A stretch of DNA of 64,000 bases from assembly GCA_038882655.1 (NCBI GenBank), contig JAVZNT010000001.1, positions 32,001 to 96,000 of the forward strand. Direction: 5' to 3'. The notes under the pieces are model-generated. The model was not told where the DNA came from. It saw only the letters and a list, made by a program, of their open reading frames with translations, and did no database searches. The stretch is from Candidatus Bathyarchaeia archaeon (GTDB lineage: Archaea > Thermoproteota > Bathyarchaeia > Bathyarchaeales > Bathycorpusculaceae). Below, piece by piece: positions 1 to 10,019 of this stretch (position 1 is its first letter; every line of letters begins with the position of its first letter). The position numbers and the translations under genes are program-made.

Positions 1-14
1 AAGGAGAAAGTGCT

Positions 15-596
15 TTGCAGGTGAGCATTTCCGGAAGGATTAAAGCCGTAGACTTCATGTTTGAGAACTCGCCAGTTAAGGTTATTGCCAACCGTAACTG
101 CCCAGAAATCAAGCTGGCAGGATTAACCGTCGGCCCCTTCGAGGAAGGAAACGAGTATGAGGTTTTGTATTGGGTTGCACGGGAGCTTGAGAAGTTTGGC
201 GTTGTCCGCTTTAGAAATGAAGAACTGCTTGACTCGGCTAAACTTTACAAGATTCACTGGAAAGAACGAGTGCAGACAGCTGGACAAGTTTCAGAGCTTC
301 CAAGGGACTTTTATCCTAAACTCCGCAGGTACTTGAAGGGACTGAAAGAAGAGGCGACTAGGCATCCGGAGAAAATGCGGGAGTATGAGAAGGCGAAACA
401 GTTGACGCTGGACATTTTGAATTTACGGTTAAAGAAAACTGTTTATTTGGCTTCTGCTCCAGCCCAAACTGAGCATGTTTTAAGAAACTTAACAGCAGAG
501 GAAAGGCTCCTATACGAGCAAATTTATAGGTTTATTAATAAGTGGAAGGCTCAACTGCTTGAACGCGAAGACAAAGGAGGCGAGAAAGAAGAATGA
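15..596 (+). CDS. GINS subunit, Gins23 (Psf2/Psf3-like)
   Basis: N-terminal beta B-domain followed by helical A-domain with LPxDFY; stop overlaps mcm start, the usual TACK gins23-mcm pairing. Confidence 0.8.
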   Translation: MQVSISGRIKAVDFMFENSPVKVIANRNCPEIKLAGLTVGPFEEGNEYEVLYWVARELEKFGVVRFRNEELLDSAKLYKIHWKERVQTAGQVSELPRDFYPKLRRYLKGLKEEATRHPEKMREYEKAKQLTLDILNLRLKKTVYLASAPAQTEHVLRNLTAEERLLYEQIYRFINKWKAQLLEREDKGGEKEE

Positions 597-2626
597 CTGA
601 AGAGCTGGAAGTAATAGACCCGCAAGAACGCTTTCTAGAACTTTTCAAAACGGAAAAATACCGCCAAAAAATCTCCCAACTGGCGGTTTCTGGAAAAACG
701 TCGCTAATTGTTGAATTTGAAGACGCCCTCACCTTTGATCAGAGACTTGCAGACCAGCTTCTTGAAAAGCCAGAAGAATACTTGAAGCACGCAGACAATG
801 CAGCCCAAAACCAACTAGCCATAGAAGCCCCAGAATACGCGGAAAAACAAAAAGTCACCGTTCGAATTGTTAGGTTACTGGAGCCGACACCGCTGCGGAA
901 ACTCGGTGCAGCCCACATAGGAAAACTTGTGATGATTGAAGGCATTGTGGTGCGTTCAACACCAGTCCGTCCGATGGTGATGCGGGCAGCCTTCAAATGC
1001 AGGGGATGCGGAAACATAACATATGTAGACCAAACTGGTCCATTTCTTAAGGCTCCATTTGCATGTGCTGACCCATCATGTAGGCGAAAGGGACCCTTCG
1101 ACTTCGTGCAAGAAGAATCAAATTTCATAGATTCGCAGGACCTTCGCATACAAGAGCGCCCAGAAGACCTCCCACCGGGACAGCTTCCCCGCACATTACA
1201 CGTTAAGCTTGTTGGAAGCGAAGTTGTTGACGTGGCAAGACCAGGCGACCACGTTTCAATTGTTGGCATTGTTCGCGCCGCAGCCCCAACCATGCCTAGA
1301 GTTGGAAAACTCCGCACATTTGTTTTACACCTAGATACAAACTCCATCGAAGTTTTAGGCAAAGAACCCGAAGTGACGCTTCCATCGCCAGAAGAGGAGA
1401 AGCAGATTCTAGAGCTTGCAAAGGACCCTTGGATACATAGGAAAATAATGAATTCCATTGCGCCTTCGATTTACGGCTACGAGCATGTTAAAGAGTCGAT
1501 AATGTACCTTCTCTTCGGCGGTGTTCCAAAGACGCTTCCAGACATATCGATTAGGGGTGAGCTTAACATTCTTTTGGTAGGTGACCCAGGAACAGCTAAA
1601 TCCCAACTATTGCAGTATGTGGCGAGAGTTGCGCCTAGAGGGCTCTACACTTCAGGAAGGGGGACAACCGCGGCTGGTTTAACCGCGGCGGTTATACGTG
1701 AAAAGGGCGGGGGAATGAGCCTTGAAGCTGGAGCCCTTGTGCTTGCAGATAAGGGAATAGCGTGCATAGACGAGATAGATAAAATGCGCCCAGAAGACCG
1801 AGTTGCAATACATGAAGCCATGGAACAGCACACTGTTTCTGTGGCGAAAGGCGGCATAGTAGCAACCCTTAATGCACGAACAGCGATACTTGCAGCTGCA
1901 AACCCCGCTTTGGGCAGATATGAATCCCGTCGGACGATAGCGGATAACATTTCGCTTCCGGTAACTATCCTTTCAAGGTTTGATCTAATATTTGTATTGA
2001 AGGATGTCCCAAACAAGGAAACAGACGGCAAGATGTCAGAGCACATCCTCGAAATTCACCGTAAGGGCTTAAGCCCCGTGGAGCCGCCCATACCCCTGGA
2101 ACTTTTGCGAAAATATGTTAGCTATGCGAAAGCGATAAAACCGGTCCTAACCAGTGAGGCACTGCAACGCCTAAAGGACTTCTATTTGGCTATGCGTTCA
2201 GCAAGCGAGTCAGAAGGCTCCCCAATCGCAATAACCGCCCGGCAGCTGGAATCGCTTATACGCCTAGCTGAAGCCAGAGCAAGGGCCGCCCTAAGAACAG
2301 AAGTTTTAGCAGAAGACGCTGAAGCAGCCATAAACATAATGAAACGCTCCTTGGAAGAGGTTGGAATAGATCTATCCTCATATAAATTCGACATAGACCT
2401 CATAATGACAGGAAAACCAAAAAGCCTCAGAGACAAGCTGCAAGTACTGCTTTCAGTGCTAACGGAAATGGAGAAAGAAATAGGAATGGTTGACAAAGCC
2501 GCTTTAATCAACAGACTTGAAAAAGAATACAAGATTCCAAGAATCGAGGCAGAACGCCTAATCAACCAACTTCTACGCGAGGGAACAATATATGAGCCTA
2601 GGGAAGGCTACCTTAAGAAAACGTGA
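593..2626 (+). CDS. mcm: MCM replicative helicase (no intein)
   Basis: Zn finger CRGC...CADPSC, Walker A GDPGTAKS, Walker B IDEIDKM, SRFD Arg finger, C-terminal winged helix. Confidence 0.98.
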   Translation: MTEELEVIDPQERFLELFKTEKYRQKISQLAVSGKTSLIVEFEDALTFDQRLADQLLEKPEEYLKHADNAAQNQLAIEAPEYAEKQKVTVRIVRLLEPTPLRKLGAAHIGKLVMIEGIVVRSTPVRPMVMRAAFKCRGCGNITYVDQTGPFLKAPFACADPSCRRKGPFDFVQEESNFIDSQDLRIQERPEDLPPGQLPRTLHVKLVGSEVVDVARPGDHVSIVGIVRAAAPTMPRVGKLRTFVLHLDTNSIEVLGKEPEVTLPSPEEEKQILELAKDPWIHRKIMNSIAPSIYGYEHVKESIMYLLFGGVPKTLPDISIRGELNILLVGDPGTAKSQLLQYVARVAPRGLYTSGRGTTAAGLTAAVIREKGGGMSLEAGALVLADKGIACIDEIDKMRPEDRVAIHEAMEQHTVSVAKGGIVATLNARTAILAAANPALGRYESRRTIADNISLPVTILSRFDLIFVLKDVPNKETDGKMSEHILEIHRKGLSPVEPPIPLELLRKYVSYAKAIKPVLTSEALQRLKDFYLAMRSASESEGSPIAITARQLESLIRLAEARARAALRTEVLAEDAEAAINIMKRSLEEVGIDLSSYKFDIDLIMTGKPKSLRDKLQVLLSVLTEMEKEIGMVDKAALINRLEKEYKIPRIEAERLINQLLREGTIYEPREGYLKKT

Positions 2627-2663
2627 ATTAAGTATATGATGCGGTAGATAAAAGAGGCTGCGG

Positions 2664-3221
2664 TTAACTAGCTGCTTTGATATTGGTTTCTTTGTGGTAT
2701 TGGGCGTTGGCGGTGAAGACTATCAAGCTTACTGTTACTCCAATGTCTGTGGTTGATATGTGGTCCAGTTGGAATACGTAGACAACCATGCGGGCTCCGG
2801 AAGGCAAAATCAGAGAGTTTGACCCAAGCTGGTTGAATGTTGAACCAGTATAGTTGCCTTCAAGATATGTTTCTGGGTTATCGCTGGCTATCCATTTCAA
2901 CTCGGATGGCAGAGTTTGGCTGGAATTAAGTTTCCAGTAATATATATAATTGGAGTCACATTTTCGTCCCCTCACTGTTATTTGTTCGACAACAACGTCG
3001 CGTCCACCAGTATTAGTTATTGTGAAGGCTGCTGAAGCATCCCCGTCGCTGGTACACCACACGTAGAGTTGTGTTATCTGTAGATATTCATCTTGGACTC
3101 GAGTTGTGACAACGTTTATAGCATAAAATGTTACGACAGTCGCTAAAAGCACCGAAACCACTAAGATTATTAGAGTTGTCACTACTACGCTTAAGCCTCT
3201 AACATTTTTTAATAGACGCAT
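2664..3221 (-). CDS. Archaeal type IV pilin/archaellin-like protein
   Basis: Class III signal peptide KNVRG|LSVVVTTLIILVVSVLLA followed by a beta-rich domain. Confidence 0.8.
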   Translation of the reverse strand: MRLLKNVRGLSVVVTTLIILVVSVLLATVVTFYAINVVTTRVQDEYLQITQLYVWCTSDGDASAAFTITNTGGRDVVVEQITVRGRKCDSNYIYYWKLNSSQTLPSELKWIASDNPETYLEGNYTGSTFNQLGSNSLILPSGARMVVYVFQLDHISTTDIGVTVSLIVFTANAQYHKETNIKAAS

Positions 3222-3450
3222 ATATTCATCTCCAAGACTGATTTTGTTGACATTTAAAATGGAAGAGAAAAGTAATACGATTTGTACGTAGCAGAAGCCA
3301 ACGCAAGTTAGAGATTTTAATCAAAAGTTTTGACTTCATGAAAGTATTAGGATTAAATCTTGTTAATGCTCATTGCCAATTAGAAGCATTAAGAAATTTA
3401 AGGTTGCACCATGCAAAGTACTGATGAAAAATGTAAAATTTTCCTAAAAA

Positions 3451-4221
3451 CTAAGAAATATAAGTAATCTTTTTGTCCTCTTCTCTCCGCATCTCTTCGG
3501 CTTGCAATATTCTTTTCTCTTCGATTTTCCGCAGTCTCGCCATCATGCCCTCAGCTTTGGCAATTTCAGCATCTAGCCCAGTCAAGTCGACGTTTATTCC
3601 CAAAATTTTCAGTAAAACTTCTAAAACACTTTTAGCCGCCTTTGGGTCTGGCAGATACCCTCGTGTTTCGCCTAGAAGACACAAAGCGTCAATCTTTCTG
3701 AACGGCGCCAAACCAAGGATTAATCCAGCTGTGCCTACTATTGGACTTCCCATGGGGCTTATTACGGCGTTGGCTTGTAAAGCCTTATTGAGGAGAGCTT
3801 GGCTTGTTGCCGCCGCTACGACTCTAGGCTTGTCTGTTTCAACTCTGTAGCCGCCTATTGTTATAACAAGCTTCACGCCATGTCTTTGGGCGAAGTCAAG
3901 TATGCTATTGGAGATTTCATATTGCCCTTCAATGGTTTGGGCTTGGCTGTCTCCGGTGAAAAGGATCAGGTCGTTTTCTTCCCTGTCATTCTTCCGGAGA
4001 TAAAAAGTGCCTCGAAGAAGTCTGACGCTTCCCTTTTTGCTTACAAGCACAAAGTACGGAAAATGAGGTGAGTACAAATATGCAAGTTTTTGTGCTCCAA
4101 GCTGTTTAATCAGGTAGCGAGTGGCGATTTTTCCAACAAGCCCCAGTCCCGGAAGACCCTCAATCAATATTGGGTTTTTTAATTCAGCCTTTTTTAACTC
4201 TTTAATCATCGTCTCCTTCAC
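3451..4221 (-). CDS. PAC2-family proteasome assembly chaperone homolog
   Basis: IEGLPGLGLVGKIA, GETRGYLPDPKAA; conserved position downstream of nop10. Confidence 0.9.
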   Translation of the reverse strand: MKETMIKELKKAELKNPILIEGLPGLGLVGKIATRYLIKQLGAQKLAYLYSPHFPYFVLVSKKGSVRLLRGTFYLRKNDREENDLILFTGDSQAQTIEGQYEISNSILDFAQRHGVKLVITIGGYRVETDKPRVVAAATSQALLNKALQANAVISPMGSPIVGTAGLILGLAPFRKIDALCLLGETRGYLPDPKAAKSVLEVLLKILGINVDLTGLDAEIAKAEGMMARLRKIEEKRILQAEEMRREEDKKITYIS

Positions 4222-4388
4222 TTGGTGTTAACCTCCTTTTTCAAAGCCATTCTGTATTTTAGGTATTTGTCCTCGGGCGAAAACTTAGGTGGATGGGGCA
4301 CTCGAACTGGTCCACCACAATAGGGGCACTTATCCTTTCTCAGAGTGTATTTTCTGCATTTTTCACATTTCCTCAGCAGCCAAGCCAC
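4218..4388 (-). CDS. nop10: H/ACA RNP protein Nop10 (56 aa, absent from ORF track)
   Basis: Manual translation MAWLLRKCEKCRKYTLRKDKCPYCGGPVRVPHPPKFSPEDKYLKYR; GTG start; lies between aIF2a and PAC2. Confidence 0.95.
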   Translation of the reverse strand: MAWLLRKCEKCRKYTLRKDKCPYCGGPVRVPHPPKFSPEDKYLKYRMALKKEVNTK

Positions 4389-5177
4389 CTACTTCTCCCT
4401 TCTGAAAGTTCCTTGTCCACCAGCCTTAATAACGTTTGAAATAATGTTTTCAGCAATCCTTTGCAGAACGGCTTCCGCATGCTTATAGTTTTCAGCTAAA
4501 ACCTCAATACAGTATTTTGGCGCCGCCATCACATAGAACCGAATATTTGCACCTCGTGTTTTCTCGGATTTTTTAGCGTTCAAAAAAGCCTCCTTAATAA
4601 CCTCTACTCCGTTGGGTTTTAGGCAACGGAGCTCCACAATCCCCTTAACTTTAACTGTTGGTAGGCGAATTCTTTCCTTTGCAACTTCAACAAAAACCTC
4701 AGCCAGCTCTTTCGGTACACTTATCTTTGTTAAAACTTCCGCGCCTTCTTTTGCGGCTTTTTCAAACCCTTCGTACAAGCCGTATTCCTTTTCGATGAAG
4801 GCTCCAGCTTTCTTATAAACCTCTTCAACAGATAAGCCAGTTTTCTCAGAAACGCTCCTAAGCAGTGCCTCAGCTTTTCGCTCTTTCTTCCATGAAAGCA
4901 TCTTCTCAATTTTCTCTCTTTTTGTTACCCTTCTGAGGGATAGGTCTATGTGACCCTTCTCCACGTCAACCCTTAAAACTTTCAAAACAACCTTCTGCCC
5001 TTCCCGAACAAAATCCCGTATATTCCTAATCCAAGAGGAGGCTACTTCTGAAATGTGCAGAAGGCCCCTCTTATCAAACTCGTCAAGCTTCACATAGGCC
5101 CCATAGTCAGTTACGGTTTCGACGGTAGCTATAACTAAGTCGCCAACTTCTGGCCACTCTTGCCTTCTCAAAGCCAT
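4389..5177 (-). CDS. eif2a: Translation initiation factor aIF2 alpha subunit
   Basis: S1 domain WPEVGDLV...YGAYVKLDEF...HIDLSLRRV; C-terminal AAPKY. Confidence 0.96.
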   Translation of the reverse strand: MALRRQEWPEVGDLVIATVETVTDYGAYVKLDEFDKRGLLHISEVASSWIRNIRDFVREGQKVVLKVLRVDVEKGHIDLSLRRVTKREKIEKMLSWKKERKAEALLRSVSEKTGLSVEEVYKKAGAFIEKEYGLYEGFEKAAKEGAEVLTKISVPKELAEVFVEVAKERIRLPTVKVKGIVELRCLKPNGVEVIKEAFLNAKKSEKTRGANIRFYVMAAPKYCIEVLAENYKHAEAVLQRIAENIISNVIKAGGQGTFRREK

Positions 5178-5188
5178 TCGGCACCATC

Positions 5189-5386
5189 TCACTCAAAAAC
5201 CGCGACTATTTCACCTTTAATGGTCGCTTTGCCGCCGGAGGGCTCAGCTAACTCAACTCCGCAAACGTTGCATGTAACCCTATTCACTGCATGGCTGAAA
5301 ATTATCTGCTCGTTGCCGCACTTCAAACATTTAACCCTAACAAAAGCGCTCTTAGGTCTCGGAATGAGCTTCTCCCACTCAGCCAT
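5189..5386 (-). CDS. rps27e: 30S ribosomal protein eS27
   Basis: [23 protein letters not shown]...CNVCG...PSGGKA. Confidence 0.97.
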   Translation of the reverse strand: MAEWEKLIPRPKSAFVRVKCLKCGNEQIIFSHAVNRVTCNVCGVELAEPSGGKATIKGEIVAVFE

Positions 5387-5407
5387 AAACTCTTCCTCCA
5401 TCATGTT

Positions 5408-5683
5408 TTAGGCTATAACCAGCTTCCTTAACCTTATTCCTTCTTTATGTCGCGTGTAACCACAAACCTTACACTTCAACTTCAAAGTTTGCTTCTTTGT
5501 AGTCTTAGCAAACTTCCTTTGCAAGGGATATTTCTGCCCACCGTAACCTTTCTTCTCCCGCTCGTGGTGCCGCTCACCCTTAGCTAAGGCTCTACGCTTA
5601 CCAGCCTTATAAAGCGAAACTGTGTGAATCTGATGCGCTTTACACTTAGGACAGTAAGTTCTAATTTCCTTTGGTACATTCAT
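5408..5683 (-). CDS. rpl44e: 50S ribosomal protein eL42 (L44e)
   Basis: MNVPKEIRTYCPKC...GYGGQ...KTTKK...CKVC. Confidence 0.97.
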   Translation of the reverse strand: MNVPKEIRTYCPKCKAHQIHTVSLYKAGKRRALAKGERHHEREKKGYGGQKYPLQRKFAKTTKKQTLKLKCKVCGYTRHKEGIRLRKLVIA

Positions 5684-5766
5684 CCATATCACAGCCCAAC
5701 CTCTGCATTAAAAGACACGCATGCTCATATACTTTTTCGCTAAACGTCGCGACGTATCACCACAAA

Positions 5767-5985
5767 CTAAGAGGGCTCTTTCAACTTCAACAGCTGAAGA
5801 GCAATCAGCACTAAAGCCACAGTTAAGGTTCCGGCAATGTAACCAAGCGAAAAAACCATGAATAGCGCCATAAACTCAATTTTTAATGGCACTAAACCAA
5901 TCGCCAAAATCCCCGCTAAAAAGCCAGCTATGAAAACCGCAAATCCTAAAACTAAAAACCCAGCTAAAAAGCGTTTGTCAAGCAT
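5767..5985 (-). CDS. Small two-TM membrane protein
   Basis: Two hydrophobic helices; AGGTG SD-like upstream. Confidence 0.55.
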   Translation of the reverse strand: MLDKRFLAGFLVLGFAVFIAGFLAGILAIGLVPLKIEFMALFMVFSLGYIAGTLTVALVLIALQLLKLKEPS

Positions 5986-6141
5986 CTTGCTAACACCTTG
6001 TCCTCTTTCTTACATTGTCTCCTTTTTAACCCTTTCCAGCAATGCTACACCTAAAATTGTACAGTAAACCAAAACTTAATGGGGCTGCATTACAGAGAAA
6101 ACATTTTTCTATTTTATTCACTCAACTAAAAGGGAAGGCGC

Positions 6142-7128
6142 ATGAAGAACATCAAAAATTTGCTTATGAAGGTTGGGCATTTTCTTATAAAGGTTTCACC
6201 AATCATTTCGCTTATTATACCCATAGTTATCCTCTATTACTTGGAGCCAGCGTCTTTTGAGAAAGCGTGGAGAGGTAGAATCTTCCTCATTTTTTTTATC
6301 TGGATTGCCCTACTAGAAGCCATATTAGACTGGGAAAGACTCCAAGTAAAATTCATAAACAATAAATCTTTAAAGAGGACTTTTCTGTTCTTTTTATCTG
6401 CCTTAGTTCCAACAATTTTTGTAATTGTCTTCAACTATTACAAATACAATGAAAGAGTCGTCAGGATTGCCGCAGAGAATGGTGTTGCTTTATGGATTGC
6501 AAAAGAACTACCAGCATCCTTAGAATTTCTATTCCTCACAGTTTTATTTTGCCTAACAGTTCTCATAGCCTACGGAATTAAAAACTTACCTGTTTTTTCC
6601 GGCTCAATTTTCTTTTTAGGAATCATGGGCCTTTTGTTTACAATAGATGACTTGCATCCTGGTGGAAAGTTTGCACCCCTTCAAATGCTTGTCCCAGCGA
6701 CAGCCTTTTTTGCAGCAAGTTTTCTCGGGTTGGCCGGATATAAAGCTACACTGTCAGAATATAACGATCCGATCTACGGTTTTGTTTCAACACTTGAAGT
6801 TGACGGTCATAATTTTACTATAGGTTGGTTATGTGCTGGTGTGGAAAGCCTTGTAATTTATACAGTTGTCATATTTCTTTTCCTAAGGAAAAGTGAAATT
6901 GCTGCAAAACGTAAACTACTGTATTTTATATTCGGTGCTATAGTCACATACTTTATCAATATCATGAGAATTTTCACTTTAGTTATGATAGCTTTGAGCG
7001 GAAACATGAAATATTTTAACGAGTTCCACAATTTTTACGGGTCGTTTTATTCAATTACATGGATAACCATTTACCCAGTTATCATAATAGGAATCGAAAG
7101 TTTACTGAAGAGAAGAGCGAAAAAGTAG
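6142..7128 (+). CDS. Archaeosortase/exosortase-family transpeptidase
   Basis: About 8 TM helices; catalytic Cys (IGWLCAGVES), NxxR (INIMRI) and His (FHNFYG). Confidence 0.85.
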   Translation: MKNIKNLLMKVGHFLIKVSPIISLIIPIVILYYLEPASFEKAWRGRIFLIFFIWIALLEAILDWERLQVKFINNKSLKRTFLFFLSALVPTIFVIVFNYYKYNERVVRIAAENGVALWIAKELPASLEFLFLTVLFCLTVLIAYGIKNLPVFSGSIFFLGIMGLLFTIDDLHPGGKFAPLQMLVPATAFFAASFLGLAGYKATLSEYNDPIYGFVSTLEVDGHNFTIGWLCAGVESLVIYTVVIFLFLRKSEIAAKRKLLYFIFGAIVTYFINIMRIFTLVMIALSGNMKYFNEFHNFYGSFYSITWITIYPVIIIGIESLLKRRAKK

Positions 7129-7131
7129 AGT

Positions 7132-7680
7132 CTACCCTACGCTGATCTTTTCAGCCAAACCTTGCCTTATCAAAATTTTTGCGTTTTCAATTGGTAAGGA
7201 TGCGATATCCTCAGTATTGAAAGGCCCATAGGCTTTCATGTCTCTTCCCACGATGGCTGGAACTTCTTTCAGAAACCTTAAGACGATTCTTTTCTGCTCT
7301 TTTTCATCACGCATTGCTACGTGTTGTCCTTCTAAAAGTTGTTTTGTTAGGTCTTGAAGGTTTTCTAGAAGGGATGCAATTTTTTGAATGGCAACTTGCT
7401 CCTCTTTTGTTAATACGTTCGACTGGATTTTCTCACCCTTAAACGCCTTTTTGACCATTTTTTCACGGCGTATTTTTAGCAGTTGTTGTAGCATTTGTTT
7501 AACATTTTGCATTTCGGCTTGAAGAAGAGCCGCCCTAACAGTCTTTTTATCGATCATGCGGGTTTCTTCCTTAATCCTCCTTAAATAATCAGCCACTTTG
7601 ATGTAGAAGTCTTGGGGTAGTTCTTCTAACGTATCTTTCTCGCGTTCATTCTTCCAAATTCTGTATAATTCCTCATACAT
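7132..7680 (-). CDS. GINS subunit, Gins51 (Gins15)
   Basis: A-domain LEELPQDFY then B-domain VPAIVGRDMKAYGPF...LIRQG; directly downstream of priS. Confidence 0.88.
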   Translation of the reverse strand: MYEELYRIWKNEREKDTLEELPQDFYIKVADYLRRIKEETRMIDKKTVRAALLQAEMQNVKQMLQQLLKIRREKMVKKAFKGEKIQSNVLTKEEQVAIQKIASLLENLQDLTKQLLEGQHVAMRDEKEQKRIVLRFLKEVPAIVGRDMKAYGPFNTEDIASLPIENAKILIRQGLAEKISVG

Positions 7681-7684
7681 TATT

Positions 7685-8887
7685 TCACACCTCTGCTTTG
7701 CCCTTACAAATTAACAAGATAGCCGCCGCCGTTGGAAGCTCAACCTTAACATTCTTGTACGGGCCGAAAATCTCATCGCCAATTCTAAACTGCGGGGAAT
7801 TATTGACTGACACTGTGACTGTTCCTTTTCTAAAGGCTACAGAATCCTTGAAAGGATCAAAGTCGTCTATCCTTGATATGGGCGTCTCAACTTTCTTAAA
7901 TCCCGTTTTGCCATGTAATGTGTTTGTCATTCTAACAAGACGGTGAACGTCTGTTGTGACAACAGTGTCAATTTCAATAAACTCTTTCTGAGCGCAGTAA
8001 TCAAATATTTTCTTCCAGGTCTCCGGTCCGACGCCTTTTATTGATTTCCAAGGTTCAGCCTCCTCTAAAATTTGTATAACCTTTTCCTTTCTTTCCAGCA
8101 GAGTTCTAGCGACTTTCTTATTTAGTCCCACTCTCTCGAAGTCTTCCAAACCAGCATTCAAAATAAAAACGCGTAATCCGTTATTGATTCTTCTATACCA
8201 ATTTGACGCATTCTTCACCTTTCCTCCGCCTAAGCTTTGAAAGTCCACTTCAAAACCTATGCCACACACATAGTCAACAATTTCTTTACGGGAGATGGCG
8301 TCTAGGTTTTGGACAACCTCGCTTTCTATGTAGATGTGGTAGCCTCTATGCCCTGAAAAGAAAACATGCAACTCATTATCAGAGAAGCCAAAATCGCTTT
8401 TTAGAATGTCTAAAAGCTTTATGGTTTCACTTTTTGCCGTATCCACGCAGTCTTGACAAAGCCACGTGTATGCTTCAAACCTTTCGTCACCGCATATCGG
8501 ACATCTTTCTGGTGTTATTCCCTTTCCGGAGAATCCGCAGCCACGGCAAGTCCATTCGTCATGGATCTTATTGCATGGTGTTGGAATGTGGTCGACATCT
8601 ATGTCAAAGATCAGGTCTGCTCCTAACCATCCCTTTCTCTCCATCTCAGCCGTTGGGTTTTCGTAGTAGGCACAAGAGTGGTAGGCGTCGCTAGGAACAA
8701 AATCTTGCATAAAATCCCTTACCTCTTCAATGCCTTTGAAACTTTTGTGGCGAACCATCTGATTCTCAAAAGATAAAAAGCCAAACTCTCGTCTATCAAG
8801 GCTTGAAATTACGGTGTCTAGAGGGAACTCTTCTTGATAATAGTAACGAAACCTGTCTCGAATAAAAACTGATGATGTCAACTTCAA
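7685..8887 (-). CDS. priS: DNA primase small (catalytic) subunit
   Basis: REFGF, LIFDIDVDH, SGHRGYH, IDTVVTTDVHRLVR; GINS-B-like C-terminal domain. Confidence 0.96.
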   Translation of the reverse strand: MKLTSSVFIRDRFRYYYQEEFPLDTVISSLDRREFGFLSFENQMVRHKSFKGIEEVRDFMQDFVPSDAYHSCAYYENPTAEMERKGWLGADLIFDIDVDHIPTPCNKIHDEWTCRGCGFSGKGITPERCPICGDERFEAYTWLCQDCVDTAKSETIKLLDILKSDFGFSDNELHVFFSGHRGYHIYIESEVVQNLDAISRKEIVDYVCGIGFEVDFQSLGGGKVKNASNWYRRINNGLRVFILNAGLEDFERVGLNKKVARTLLERKEKVIQILEEAEPWKSIKGVGPETWKKIFDYCAQKEFIEIDTVVTTDVHRLVRMTNTLHGKTGFKKVETPISRIDDFDPFKDSVAFRKGTVTVSVNNSPQFRIGDEIFGPYKNVKVELPTAAAILLICKGKAEV

Positions 8888-9000
8888 ATTCTTCGAATTC
8901 TCAAAAACAGCAAGAAAATAAAAAGTTTATGCTCACAAAATTGATGCATGTCATTTTTGGTTTTGATAACATTTTAATGTGTAAACGTAAAATTACTATC

Positions 9001-9867
9001 ATGGCTGCTAAGATGATTGATCCTTCAAGTTTGTTGACAAAACTTTCAAATTGGGTTTTGCGGTGCAAGGGAAACCTTGTTAAAATAAACTTTGAGGTCG
9101 ATGAGAAACAGTTCAAGGCGTTTGTGCCCGACGACCAGTTGTTTGGAGCAGTTAAAGATGTTCTCTTAAACAGAGTTTATGAGTATCTCCCTGATTTTGA
9201 GCTTACGAATTTTAATGATGAAGTTATAATTGATGCTGGTGCTCATGTAGGATTATTCAGCCTGATCGCTTCGATCTTTGCTGAAAAGGTTATCTCAATA
9301 GAACCTCACCCAATGAACTTTGGCCTTTTGAAAATTAACAAAATGATAAACGATGTTGAGAACATTATACTTTTGAAGAAGGCATTATGGTACAAGAAGG
9401 CGATGTTAAACCTCTATGAAGGCGACCACACTGGTTCGCATTCGGTTACCCAGAGAAAAGACCAGGTGAAAAGTTATTCTGTACACGCGGTGACGCTTGA
9501 AGAGGTAATTGACAAACTCGGTGAAGTAGGATTGTTAAAGATGGACATTGAAGGAGGAGAATTTGAGGTTTTTAAGCACGTAGAAAAAGACCTTCTAGAC
9601 GGTATAAAATGCATGAGCGTCGAAATTCATACAAAGGCTGGAGACCCAAACCAAATTATAAACGTCCTATCCTCTCGGAATTTTAAAGTGGAGTTTTTCT
9701 ATCCACCAATTGTTAAAGATTCGGCTAATTCTAGCTACCAGATAAAGATTAAAGACTTATTTAGCGTAAAAGCATGGAGAAAACTTGTTTATGGCTTGTG
9801 TTCGCTAGTTAGAGTAAAAGATAAATCGGCTATGATTTTGTTTGCAAAAAGAAAGGAAATAAAGTAA
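9001..9867 (+). CDS. FkbM-family SAM methyltransferase
   Basis: IIDAGAHVG, IEPHP, LLKMDIEGGE; start uncertain (ORF open from 8872). Confidence 0.88.
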   Translation: MAAKMIDPSSLLTKLSNWVLRCKGNLVKINFEVDEKQFKAFVPDDQLFGAVKDVLLNRVYEYLPDFELTNFNDEVIIDAGAHVGLFSLIASIFAEKVISIEPHPMNFGLLKINKMINDVENIILLKKALWYKKAMLNLYEGDHTGSHSVTQRKDQVKSYSVHAVTLEEVIDKLGEVGLLKMDIEGGEFEVFKHVEKDLLDGIKCMSVEIHTKAGDPNQIINVLSSRNFKVEFFYPPIVKDSANSSYQIKIKDLFSVKAWRKLVYGLCSLVRVKDKSAMILFAKRKEIK

Positions 9868-10019
9868 TTTCTTGGGTCAGTAGTTCCTAAAATTTCTACG
9901 TTATTTTACCGGATCTTCGAAATCTCGGATTTATTTAATGGACAGCTAAGACACAAAACAGCGACGGGGAAATTAATAAATCTTAATTAATTCCTCTCAA
10001 ATACCTCTACAGAATTCAT

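Noticed and set aside
739-2565. Long antisense ORFs within mcm (similarly within pcna, ahcY, cofE and others)
   Set aside because: Shadow frames of well-supported genes
3222-3450. AT-rich intergenic region near mcm as a replication origin
   Set aside because: No ORB-like repeats seen; more likely the pilin promoter region
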